DNA of 55,953 nucleotides. Origin: Paramoeba atlantica (lineage: Eukaryota > Protista > Discosea). A program made the position numbers and the translations under genes. The notes under the pieces were generated by a model, which worked only from the letters and a program-made list of their open reading frames with translations, was not told the DNA's origin and searched no databases. How positions within the stretch are numbered: the first letter of the stretch is position 1; each line of letters starts with the position of its first letter. Of this stretch, positions 35,782 through 48,088 are shown one piece after another. Where the stretch lies: NCBI GenBank assembly GCA_977017575.1, contig CDRNVI010000159.1, positions 1-55,953 on the forward strand. The letters are read 5' to 3'.

Positions 35782-38700
35782 TAGGGTTTATAGCTCTTGC
35801 CTAGTTCAATCTATTATTTTATAGGTTTAGGCTCTTTACTCCCTTTAAATCAATATTTTTTTTTAAAAGTCTTTTTGCAACATTAGGTTTTCCTGCAACT
35901 TAGAATTTCTTCTTTTTTTTAATTTTTCTTTAAAGAAAAGATTTTTATTTAAAATAAATGGTTGTAAGAGAAAGAAAATGGTTTCTTAAAAAAATTGAAA
36001 AAATAAATTCATTCAATTTATTTTGAAAAATTATTTATTATTTTTTTAAAAAAAACAATTGAAAAAAATTAAAAAGAAAAAAAAAAAATAGAAAACAAGT
36101 TGAAAGAGAAATAAGAAGGATTTAAAGAAAGAAAAAAGAAAAAAGAAAAAAATTCAAACAAAAAAAAGGTTAACAAAAAACATAAAAAAAAAGGAAATAA
36201 TACAATAGAAAAGATTTTAATCTATTCTTCTCTTTCTTTTGATAATAGTAACCAACACAAGGTTCAATTAATACAATAGAAAAAAAAGCAAAACAGCTTA
36301 ACATAACAAGAAGAAAAGTGAAATCCATAAAGTTCACTTAATAATTCACCTTTAAATAAAAAAAAAATAATATAAGAAAAAAAAAAGAAAAAAAATGAAG
36401 GATTTTTGATCTCTCCAAAAAAAAAAAAAAAAATATGAATCAATCAAGAATTGAACCCATCACTCCAGGCTGGCTAAACTATGCACCTCAAATCATGAAT
36501 TTATTAATCATCCAAACTAACCCTATCACTTCCATTCAAGACCTCAAAAAAAAAGTTCCACCTTAGCAAATAAACAGTTCCAACTCAATTTTGAACAAAT
36601 CTTTGAAAATTAGAATTCTGAAAAACAATCTTTCTTTTTTGGAATTCCAAAAAACAAAATACTCAGAATCCAGCCAAACACAAAAAAAAATTCATTTTTA
36701 GAATTTCAAAAAACACAAAAACCTTGTTTTCTCTTGAAAAGATAAAAAAATGAAAGAAAAAAATATAAAAAGATACAAAAAGACTCCCAAACCAAAAAAA
36801 CAACAAAGCTTACAAAAAAAACTTGAAAAAAAGAAGAACAAATCTTGTTTCTCTCTCATTCTTCAACTTTTCTGAAACTCAAAACACAAGAAAAAAACAA
36901 AAAAGAGTGGTAAATCAAAAAAAAAAACCAAAAAAACTGATATGGACATGATTTTTTTTGCAGATTTGAAAGGAATAAACAGGATTGATTTGGATGATTG
37001 ATAAATTCATGACTCAAAGTGCATAGGGTTTAGCCAGCCTGGTGTGAAAATAAATCGATTAAAAGTCTCGTCACAGAAGGATTTTGACTCTCCAAAAAAA
37101 AATTAAAAAAAATATGAACCAATTAAGAATTGAATGAAAAATAAATTGATCAAAATTCTTGTCACAGAAGGATTTTGACTCTCCAAAAAAATTAAAAAAA
37201 AAAATATGAACCAATGAAGAATTGAATCCAAAAATAAATCGATCAAAATTCTTGTCACAGAAGGATTTTGACTCCCCAAAAAAAATTAAAAAAAAAATAT
37301 GAACCAATTAAAAATTGAACAAAAAATAAATTGATCAAAATCTTTGTCACAGAAGGATTTTGACTCTCCAAAAAAATTAAAAAAAAAAATATGAACCAAT
37401 GAAGAATTGAACCCAAAAATAAATTGATCAAAATTCTCATCACAGAAGGATTTTGACTCCCCAAAAAAAATTAAAAAAAAAATATGAACCAATCAAGAAT
37501 TGAACCCAAAAATAAATTAATCAAAAGTCTGGATTTTGACTCCCAAAAAAAAAATAAAAAATTAAAAAATAAGAACCAACCAGGAATCAAACCAAAACAA
37601 AGAGAGGTGTTATATTATTCAAGAGCAACAAATATATGAAAGCAAAACTTTAATAAAAATGGATTGATAATACAACAGAAAAATAATATATTAAATATTA
37701 ATAATAAATAATCATCCCCAAAATATTAATAATTTTCATAATAAGAATTTCACACAAAGAACAAACAAAGAACAATAAATAATTAATCAACAACAACTAA
37801 TTACCATAAAAGAAGTAAACCTGATTTAGCAGCACTCAAAAATGACTCCAAAAAGCAATGATATTTTTGTTCGGGGAGAGGCAGATAGGTGATAGTTGAC
37901 ATCTGACCACAACAACAACACAACAGCAGCAGCAATTGATCATTCTATTTTATTTCTTTAAAAGAGAGAAAGAGAAAAGAAAATGAAAAAAAAAAGAAAA
38001 AAGTACTTGCAAAAGAGATTGAAAAAAAAGAGAGAAAAAAAAATTGCAAGGACGACAAATTTGGGGAGAAAAACTTCCTCTGCCCCACAACTATACTCTA
38101 TTAAAAGAAAAAAAGATTTAAAAAGAGAGAAGAGAGAGAATAAGGTTATTAGAGTTAAAGATGGGGAGATATCAACGAAAGAGAAAAGGAAAAGAGGGGA
38201 AAAGTGAAGATTTGGGGGGGGGGAGGGGGAGGGGGGAAAGGGAAAATGTCAGAGGATTGATGAGATCTCCACAGAAAATAAACAACAAAACAATAAATGA
38301 AAGTCAATCTAAAGATCAAATTGAAAAAAAGCAGAAGGTGTGGTTTATATCAAATAAAAGGAACAACAAAAGAAAGAAAGAAAGAATAGGGTTTTGAACA
38401 AAAGAGAAAATATTCAAAGAGAGAAAACACAGAAAAAATCAAATGTGACAAAAAACAAAAGGATGAATCAAAACACAGCAGGCAGGATTGTTGTTGTTGA
38501 AGGAGCACCAATGAAAGACAAAAGAGAGGGAAAAACACAAAAGAGGAAAACACTTCAAATAAGAAAGAACAATCAAAGTGAGAAGAAAACACAAATTTTT
38601 GAGGAAAAGGTAAGAAAGGAGACAAGAGAAAAACAAAAGAGGGGAGAATCAACTAAGGGGAGATTCGACAGGAAAGAGCAGTGAGAAAGACTTCAAAATG

Positions 38701-38966
38701 AATAGAAGACAACAAAACAAGGTAGAGATTTGAAATACAGAATAAGGTGGAAAGGGAAAGGGGAAAAAGGGAAAAAAGGAAGAGCAAAGAGGACACAAAA
38801 AGAGAAAGAAAAGAATGAACAAAAGAACAAAGAAAGAAGAACAAATAAAAAAGACAAAACAAACAAAAGGATGAAGAGAACCACATCTCAAGCCTCATCC
38901 ATCATAATACCCAAGAAAGGAAAAATAAACATGACAAAAACAAGTGTGACGAACAAAGGTTTAGGG
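35782..38966. repeat. Subtelomeric duplication unit 1 (~3.2 kb), bounded by telomere-like sequence
   Basis: Begins TAGGGTTTA-TAGCTCTTGCC and ends GAACAAAGGTTTAGGG. Colinear with 38967-42438. Confidence 0.92.
37070..37560. repeat. ~92-bp tandem array, 5 copies (unit 1)
   Basis: GTCACAGAAGGATTTTGACTC(C/T)CCAAAA..ATATGAACCAAT..GAATTGAACCCAAAAATAAA recurs at ~37070, 37161, 37255, 37346 and 37439. Confidence 0.9.
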
Positions 38967-38984
38967 TTTAGGGTTTAGGGTTTA
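38958..38984 (+). repeat. Interstitial telomeric repeat (~3.5 x TTTAGGG)
   Basis: GGTTTAGGGTTTAGGGTTTAGGGTTTA at the junction between duplication units. Confidence 0.9.
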
Positions 38985-41900
38985 TAGCTCTTGCCTAGTT
39001 CAACCTATTATTTTATAGGTTTAGGCTCTTTACTCTCTTTAAATCAATATTTTTTTTAAAAAGTCTTTTTGCAACATTAGGTTTTCCTGCAACTTAAAAT
39101 TTCTTCTTTTTTTTTATTTTTCTTTAAAGAAAAGATTTTTATTTAAAATAAATGGTTGTAAGAGAAAGAAAATGGTTTCTTAAAAAAATTGAAAAAATAA
39201 ATTCATTCAATTTATTTTGAAAAATTATTTATTATTTTTTTAAAAAAAACAATTGAAAAAAATTAAAAAGAAAAAAAAAAATAGAAAACAAGTTGAAAGA
39301 GAAATAAAAAGGATTTAAAGAAAGAAAAAAGAAAGAAGAAAAAAATTCAAACAAAAAAAAGGTTAACAAAAAACATAAAAAAAAAGGAAATAATACAATA
39401 GAAAAGATTTTAATCTATTCTTCTCTTTCTTTTGATAATAATAACCAACACAAGGTTCAATTAATACAATAGAAGAAAAAGCAAAACAGCTTAACATAAC
39501 AAGAAGAAAAGTGAAATCCATAAAGTTCACTCAATAATTCACCTTTAAATAAAAAAAAAAGAATATGAGAAAAAAAAAAGAAAAAAAATGAAGGATTTTT
39601 GATCTCTCCAAAAAAAAAAAAAAAAATATGAACCAATCAAGAATTGAACCCATCACTCCAGGCTGGCTAAACTGTGCACCTCGAGTTGTGAATTTATCAA
39701 TCATCCAAACTAACTCTGTCACTTCCATTCAAGGCCTCAAAAAAAAAGTTCCACCTTAGTAAATAAACAGTTCCAACTCAATTTTGAACAAACCTTTGAA
39801 AATTAGAATTCTGAAAAACAATCTTTCTTTTTTGGAATTCCAAAAAATAAAATACTCAGAATCCAGCCAAACACAAAAAAAAATTCATTTTTAGAATTTC
39901 AAAAACACAAAAACCTTGTTTTCTCTTGAAAAGATAAAAAAATAAAAGAAAAAAACACAAGAAGATACAAGAAGACTCCCAAACCAAAAAAACAACAAAG
40001 CTTACAAAAAAAACTTGAAAAAAAGAAGAACAAATCTTGTTTTTCTCTCATCTTTCAACTTTTCTGAAACTCAAAACACAAGAAAAAAACAAAAAAGAGT
40101 GGTGAATCAAAAAAAAAACCAAAAAAACTGATATGGACATGATTTTTTTTGTAGATTTGAAAGGAATAAACAGAGTTAATTTGGATGATTGATAAATTCA
40201 TGACTCAAAGTGCATAGGGTTTAGCCAGCCTGATGTGAAAATAAATTGATCAAAAGTCTCGTCACAGAAGGATTTTGATTCCCCAAAAAAAAATTAAAAA
40301 AAATATGAACCAATTAAGAATTGAACGAAAAATAAATTGATCAAAATTCTTGTCACAGAAGAATTTTAACTCCTCAAAAAAATTAAAAAAAAAAAATATG
40401 AACTAATAAAGAATTGAACCCAAAAATAAATCGATCAAAATTCTCATCACAGAAGGATTTTGACTCTCCAAAAAAATTAAAAAAAAAAATATGAACCAAT
40501 GAAGAATTGAACCCAAAAATAAATCGATCAAAATTCTTGTCACAGAAGGATTTTGACTCCCCAAAAAAATTAAAAAAAAAATATGAACCAATGAAGAATT
40601 GAACCCAAAAATAAATTGATCAAAATTCTCGTCACAGAAGGATTTTGACTCCCCAAAAAAAAATTAAAAAAAATATGAACCAATTAAGAATTGAATAAAA
40701 AATAAATTGATCAAAATTCTCGTCACAGAAGGATTTTGACTCCCCAAAAAAATTAAAAAAAAAATATGAACCAATGAAGAATTGAACTCAAAAATAAATC
40801 GATCAAAATTCTCGTCATAGAAGGATTTTGACTCCCCAAAAAAATTAAAAAAAAAAAATATGAACCAATGAAAAATTGAACCCAAAAATAAATCGATTAA
40901 AATTCTCATCACAGAAGGATTTTGACTCCCCAAAAAAAATTAAAAAAAAAATATGAACCAATAAAGAATTGAACCCAAAAATAAATCGATCAAAAGTCTG
41001 GATTTTGACTCCCAAAAAAAAAATAAAAAATTAAAAAATAAGAACCAACCAAGAATCAAACCAAAACAAAGAGAGGTGTTATATTATTCAAGAGCAACAA
41101 ATATATGAAAGCAAAACCTTAATAAAAATGGATTGATAATACAACAGAAAAATAACATGTTAAATATTAACAATAAATAATCATCCCCAAAATATTAATA
41201 ATTTTCATAATAAGAATTTCACACAAAGAACAAACAAAGAACAATAAATAATTAATCAACAACAACTAATTACCATAAAAGAAGTAAACCTGATTTAGCA
41301 GCACTCAAAAATGACTCCAAAAAGCAATAATATTTTTGTTCGGGGAGAGGCAGATGGGGTGATAGTTGACATCTGACCACAACAACAACACAGCAGCAGC
41401 AGCAATTGGTCATTCTATTTTATTTCTTTAAAAGAGAGAAAGAGAAAAGAAAATGAAAAAAAAAAGAAAAAAGTACTTACAAAAGAGATTGAAAAAAAAG
41501 AGAGAGAAAAAGATTGCAACGATGATGACAAATTTGGGGAGAAAAACTTCCTCTGCCCCACAACTACACTCTATTGAAAGAAAAAAAGATTTAAAAAGAG
41601 AGAAGAGAGAGAATAAGGTTATTAGAGTAAAGATGGGGAGATATCAACGAAAGAGAAAAGGAAAAGAGGGGAGAAGTGAAGATTTGGGGGGGGGGAGGGG
41701 AGGGGGGGAAAGGGAAAATGTCAGAGGATTGATGAGATCCCCACAGAAAATAAACAACAAAACAATAAATGAAAGTCAATCCAAAGATCAAATTGAAAAA
41801 AAGCAGAAGGTGTGGTTTATATCAAATAAAAGGAACAACAACAACAATAAAAGAAAGAATAGGGTTTTGAACAAAAGAGAAAATATTCAAAAAGAGAAAA

Positions 41901-42438
41901 CACAAAAAAAAATCAAATGTAACAAAAAACAAAAGGATGAATCAAAACACAGCAGGCAGGGTTGAAGGAGCACAAAGCACCAACGAAAGACAAAAGAGAG
42001 GGAAAAACACAAAAGAGGAAAACACTCCAAATAAGAAAGAACAATCAAAGTGAGAAGAAAACACAAATTTTTGAGGAAAAGGTAAGAAAGGAGACAGGAG
42101 AAAAACAAAAGAGGGGAGAATCAACCAGGGGGAGATTCGACAGGAAAGAGCAGTGAGAAAGACTTCAAAATGAATAGAAGACAACAGAACAAGGTAGAGG
42201 TTTGAAATACAGAATAAGGTGGAAAGGGAAAGGGGAAAAAGGGGAAAAAGGAAGAGCAAAGAGGACACAAAAAGATAAAGAAAAGAACGAACAAAAGAAC
42301 AAAGAAAGAAGAACAAATAAAAAAGACAAGACAAACAAAAGGATGAAGAAAACCGCATCTCAAGCCTCATCCATCATGATACCCAAGAAAGGAAAAATAA
42401 ACATGACAAAAACAAGTGTGACGAACAAGGGTTTAGGG
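38967..42438. repeat. Subtelomeric duplication unit 2 (~3.5 kb)
   Basis: Copy of unit 1. The extra length comes mostly from a longer 92-bp array. Ends GGGTTTAGGG. Confidence 0.92.
40261..41030. repeat. ~92-bp tandem array, 8 copies (unit 2)
   Basis: Same unit as 37070-37560, at ~40261, 40351, 40446, 40540, 40631, 40721, 40813 and 40908. Confidence 0.9.
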
Positions 42439-44265
42439 TAGCGAATAAAAGACACACAAACAAAAGGAAAAGAAATCAAAAACCCAAAAAAAAAAGGAAA
42501 GGGGGGAGAAGAGGAGAGAAAGGACTAAAACAAAAAAAAAAAAACACTGAGAGGAAACAAAGAAGAAAAACCTGATCACATAGGGGAGGGATAATGTTCT
42601 GAGCAATCCACACCACAATTCTTCCTTCCTCTCTCTCCGTGTGTGGTTTTTGAAGCAATCTCTCACCTCATCAAGATCAACTCTTTTTCTCTTTTTTTTA
42701 CACACACAAAGAAAACAAAAAAAGAGTTGTTTGATGAAAGAAGCAAAAAAAAGTCTCTTCCCCTTGCCGCCCTCCTAACTTTGACTCCCTCCATCACCCT
42801 CCCCCGAACAAGCAATAATTGATCATTCTATTTTATTTTTTTAAAAGAGAGAAAGAGAAAGAGAAAGAGAAAATGAAAAAAAAAAGAAAAAGTACTTGCA
42901 AAAAAGATTGAAAAAAAAAAAAAAGAGAAAAAGATTGCAACGACGACAACGAAAAGGAGAAAAACTTCCTCTGCCCCACAACTACACTCTATTGAAAGAA
43001 AAAAAGGTTTAAAAAGAGAGAAGAAAGAGAATAAGGTTATTAGAGTAAAGATGGGGAGATATCAACAAAAGAGAAAAGGAAAAGAGGGGGAAGTGAAGAT
43101 TTGGGGAGGGAAGGGAAAGGGAAAATGTCAGGATTGATGAAATCTCCACAGAAAAACAACAAAACAATAAACGAAAGTTAATCCAAAGATCAAATCGAAA
43201 AAGCAAAAGGTGTGGTTTATATCAAATAAAAGGAACAACAACAACAAAAGAAAGAATAGGGTTTTGAACAAAAGAGAAAATATTCAAAGAGAGAAAACAC
43301 AGAAAAAAATCAAATGTGGCAAAAAACAAAAGGATGAATCAAAACACAGCAGACAGGGTTGAAGGAGCACAAAGCACCAACGAAAGACAAAAGAGAGGGA
43401 AAAACACAAAAGAGGAAAACACTCCAAATAAGAAAGAACAATCAAAGTGAGAAAACAAATTTTTGAGGAAAAGGTAAGAAAGGAGACAGGAGAAAAACAA
43501 AAGAGGGGAGAATCAACCAGGGGGAGATTCGACAGGAAAGAGCAGTGAGAAAGACTTCAAAATGAATAGAAGACAACAGAACAAGGTAAGGGTTCACAAC
43601 AGAAAAGGGTTTAGGGAAGGGAGAGTGAAAGGGAAGGGGGAAAAGGGGGAAAAGGAAGAGCAAAGAGGACACAAAAAGACAATAAAGAAAAGAACGAACA
43701 AAAGAACAAAAAAAGAAGAACAAATAAAAAAGACAAGACAAACAAAAGGATGAAGAGAACCGCATCTCAAGCCTCATCCATCATGATACCCAAGAAAGGA
43801 AAAATAAACATGACGAAAACAAGTGTGAAAAACAAGGGTTTAGGGTGGCGAACAAAAGACACACAAACAAAAGACACACAAACAAAAGACACACAAACAA
43901 AAGACACACACAAACAAAAGACACACAAACAAAAGGAAAAGAGATCAAAAACCAAAAAAAAAGGGGGGAAAAGAGGAGAGAAAGGACAAAAAAAAAAAAA
44001 CACTGAGAGGAAATAAAGAAGAAAACCTAATCACATAGGGGAAGGATAATGTTCTGAGTTCTGAGCAATCCACACCACAATTCTTCCTTCCTCTCTCCGT
44101 GTGTGGTCTTTGAAGCGATCTTTCACCTCATCAAGATTAACTCTTTTTCTCTTTTTTTTATACACACAAAGAAAACAAAAAAAGAGTTGTTTGAAAGAAG
44201 CAAAAAAAGTCTTTTCCCTTTGCCCCCTGACCGCGACTCCCTCCATCCCCCCCGAACAAGCAACA
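41400..44265. repeat. Second-level ~1.4-kb tandem duplication (41400-42812 / 42812-44265)
   Basis: The block ATTG(A/G)TCATTCTATTTT..CAAG(G)GTTTAGGG occurs at 37931, 41401 and 42815. The following block GCGAA(T/C)AAAAGACACAC..CCCCGAACAAGCAA occurs at 42441 and 43849. Confidence 0.85.
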
Positions 44266-44675
44266 GCATGTTTTTCAAGGTGAAAAACAAAAAAAAAATA
44301 CAAAAAATAAAAGATTTTTGGGCAGTAAAATATCGAATCAGATTTTCTTGTGAGTATTTTTGTTATTTTCATTTTATTGAAAAAAACATAAAAAATAAAA
44401 TATAAAAATTCATCTACTCCAAAGCCGAAAGGTAGTAAAAAGGCTGACGTATATTTTAGAGTGCTAAAAATAAATGATGAATTGCTTTTTCATGTGAAAA
44501 GGTGCAAGACAGCTTTTTCGGGAAGAAAAGTCAAAAAGACCCCTTTTATTTTTTCTTTTTTTTCTTTGTTTTTTGTTGTTTTTTTGGGTGTTTGAAGTTG
44601 CTCAGAGTGAGTTGGGAATTGTATTTTTTAGTCTTGAAATTTGTTCTTCTCTTAAAAGAAAGACTAAAAAAGAAA

Positions 44676-46680
44676 ATGTCTAAGGCGAAAATTCCACAAA
44701 GAAAGAAGAAGTCGCGGTATGGGGACAGAAAGCACAAGCTTGGCAGAGGTCTTGAAAAATGGAATGCTGAACGAGCACAGGCGAAGTCACATGGAAACCC
44801 AAAACCTGGAGTCCAATTTCATCAGGTAAGAATTCCTCAACCCTAATCACAGTATTTGGTTGACAGAATCAATCCAGAATCAGTCTGATGAAGGTATCAT
44901 TGACAATCCACTGCAGCTGAGTGATCAGAGGAGCACCCAACCCAATCATCCCCAATCTCATTCAGCCAACGTCGAAAAAGTATGTTTTTTTAAAGTTTTT
45001 TAATGAAAGAAAAGAAAGTTTCTCTTTTTTTTGGTAAAGAATTTTTTTTAGAAAACTCCAATCGTTGTGGGAAAAGTAAAAAAGGGACAAATAAGAAAGA
45101 GAAAAATGAGTAAAAAAGCGATCTCAAAAATGAAAAGTGAGGCAGGGAAAAAGGGGCAGCAAAGAAAAAAAGAAATTGCACTTGCCCAGAGCAAGGAGAC
45201 TGTGAAGAAGTTTGGTGAGAAGAAACAGAAAGAAGAGGGAAAAAAGAGGAAGAAGAGGGAAAAAAGAGAAGAATCAAAACAGCAGCAGCAGGCTCGACCA
45301 AAAAGAAGAAAAAAGAATGAAGAAGAAATTTCCTTGGGTGATGCTTTGAAGTGGGTGATTGAGAGTCCAGAGTGGAAAAGTTTTTTTAAAGAAAAGGAGG
45401 ATCGATTGATTGAAGATTTTTTTGGGGAGAATGCAATTGTTATTCCAGGAGGGGTTCGTAAAAGTCAGGTTGTCTTACAAGAATACTTGAACTCCCTGCT
45501 GGAACTCCACCCTGATTGGCTTGAACGAGTTCTTGTGTCTCTAGGTGAAGAAAAGATGTTGGGGATGATGAAAAACATGGCCACAAAATTAGAGAAGAGT
45601 GGGAAATCTCAGAAAGAGAAGGAAGCAGAGGAAGAAGAAAAGAGGTTGGAAGAGGGAATTAAGAAATTGTTTGGTGTGTTGCAATTCTCACCGAAACAAT
45701 GGGATCGAGAAATCAGGCCAATTTTTCGAGAGATGTTCCTGCTGAAGAAGAAGTCAAAGAGGGATTCTCTTTTGTCTGGTTCTAAATTGAAGAACTTGGA
45801 GATTGAAGAGATGAGGAATTTGATCGAAAAGATGGGGATTTGTTATGAGTGGCGGAAGTATTCTTCTCCTGACTCTGATGGAATGGGTGGTGAATTTGCA
45901 GTTGCATGGAATTTCACCGATGATTTTTTTCCCTTGGCTTCTCTCTTTCCCTCAAGTAAGAAAGAGACTGAATTTACCAAATAGGGTTTGGAATTCAATT
46001 TTTTTATTTTCACACCACACACACAAACAACAACAAAGTTGTTGGAAAATGAAATAAAATATTTTTTTAAGAATTTTAATTATTCTCTTACACACACAAG
46101 ATGTTAATTGTAACCGAAAATATTGACACTTATGCGCAATATTGATTTTCTGAAAGTGGTGAGAATGAATACACTCAATATCAAGTCAATGTTATCTCAG
46201 AACTATGGTTGCCTCGCTCCCTTGCCCTCTTGATCCCTTTTATGCAAGTCCAAACAAAAGATAATCATGAAGCAATCTCCTCTCTTTTTGTCCATGTTAT
46301 AAAAGAGATGAGATGTCTTCAAGAAGGTTTTGATGTTGAGGTAGAGGAGGAAGGGGGGGACCAAAAAAACTGAAAAATACCGGCTTATCTCAGTTGGGAC
46401 TCACAATGGGCATTTTCGACGAATTGCTCTTGGAATGTCGAGTGCTTCAAGTGCATGGACCCGTTGGGAATTTCTCTGGTCCATCAAACCCAATTGGGAA
46501 TTTTTTCTCTTGAAGTTTCCCCCACATGGCCAAGAAGTCATGGAGTGTGATGAAGAAGATAGGTCTCCGAAATAAACAGAGTTTTCTTGATTCCTCTCCT
46601 GTTGCCATGACCAAAAAAAAGGACATTTCATCTGTCAGAGAACTTTTTAAATTCAATTCTTCCTACCTCCCAATAAAAAA
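44676..46680 (+). pseudogene. Spliced, truncated DDE transposase-like gene resembling RAG1/Transib/Chapaev cores
   Basis: Open 305-aa exon with FSPKQWDREIRP. It continues as LIVTENIDTYAQY..PRSLALLIPFMQVQTKDNHEAISSLFVHVIKEMRCLQEG..AYLSWD, then in another frame RIALGMSSASSAW. This is the order of RAG1/Transib motifs. The third catalytic residue and TIRs were not found. Confidence 0.55.
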
Positions 46681-46825
46681 ATAAAGAAAAAGTAGAAACC
46701 TAGTGATTAAAAAAGCTCCAATTTTGGGAGGAGATTTTTTTTTTGTTGCTTGAGCTTTTTACGGAGCGATTTTTTTCGTTCGATCAACAACGGTAATATT
46801 CGTGAGAAGAAAAGGGGAAGAAGAG

Positions 46826-48088
46826 ATGGCGAAGAAAAAAGTGATGGAGAAGCTCTCTGATGAAGAGGAAGCCAAAAGGTACCATCAGGAGAAAGCAAGA
46901 GAATTTCGCCTCAGAATTAAAAGCTTATCAAAAGAAGAGCGGAAGAACTGGGTCATCAAAAAAAGGGGTCCCAGGAAGAAGGAGAAGGGGAAGCAGGTGC
47001 TGTTGTATCAACAACAACAACAAACTGGCCTTGCCACACCTTCTTTGGAAACAACATTGAAGCCTTCCTTTTCGATCATAATCCCAACACTCTTTGAACA
47101 ATATCCATCCGAATTCCCAGTCTCCAGTTTCTTGCAGAACAGAACCCAATCCAAAAAATCTTTCCTTTTAACTCTTCCGATCTACTCTCTGCGAAAGTTT
47201 CATCTATTTACACAAACAGCCCCTTCTTACCCTCCAAGCACTCTTCTTTCTTTCTTTCAAAAAGAAGATCCACAAAAAGAATCCATCGAACGACGTTTGG
47301 TCATCTTTTCTTCCTTTTTAAAGGAAAATTGTCATGGGAAATTATCCAAATCAAAGAGATCGAAAAACTTTGATCTTGAAGGATCAACTATTGTTGGGTA
47401 CACTGTTAACGCCTTTGGTGCAACAGGTTTTTGTATTTTTCTCATTGGCCAACCCACACAACCATAACCCCACACGCTCACACACACACACCAATTTTAA
47501 AAGGGGCTCGGTAGATCCTCTCTTCTCACATGGTTTTTTTTTGTGTCCCACACAGGTTTTGAGCGCCCCCATAATTTCGTGAAATCTTTGGGTGTTTCAA
47601 AAAACCCTTTGGATCAGGTCACAGTTCAAAAGCAGCTGTGGTGAAAAAAATTGTGGCTCCAAGGAAGTCTCATTTGTGAGCAGATTTGTCCATCCTTTGT
47701 TTGTGGTGAGTTTGCTCTTTATCTCTCCTTGATGACTTCAAATTCGCACTCTGTGAAATGGCATGACGATCCTTGGGACATCACTTGGCAGATTGTGATT
47801 TTTTTGGGGGAGTTTTCTGGAGGGACAAGCTACTTTGAGTTTGAGGACCCAACAAGAAGTTTTACGATACAAATTCCAATCTATCCAGGAACAATCATCA
47901 TCTTTGATGGACAGTTGCCACATCGCAAAGTTGCAAAGGAAGATTTTCATGGATCCCAGTATACCACAATATTTTTTAAAAATTTTGATTGAACGAAAGA
48001 AAAACCAGATGATCTTCTGCTGTGGCCTCCTCGATGCTATTGTTGTTCCTTTCTCCACCGAACTGGAGGGTTTCCAAGTTTGAAATAA
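46826..48088 (+). pseudogene. TET/JBP-like 2OG-Fe(II) dioxygenase pseudogene, copy 2 (intron 47427-47555)
   Basis: WHDDPWD (HxDxxD, 47762-47770), FLGEFSGG, PGTIIIFDGQLPH (distal His at 47921) and GSQYTTIFFK (expected Arg reads CAG). TGA stops at 47642 and 47990. Confidence 0.75.

Noticed and set aside
24003-41030. CRISPR-like arrays (180-bp and 92-bp repeats)
   Set aside because: Whole monomers are repeated with no unique spacers, there are no cas genes, and the context is eukaryotic and telomeric.
45868-45895. DSDGMGG as the RAG1 first catalytic motif (ESCDGMGD)
   Set aside because: It lies too early relative to the other aligned motifs. LIVTENID at ~46104-46127 fits the expected position better, so the match is probably coincidental.
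46130-46162. GAAAGTGGTG as a right-hand CACC TIR
   Set aside because: It lies inside the transposase-like coding frame, and I found no matching left end or target duplication.
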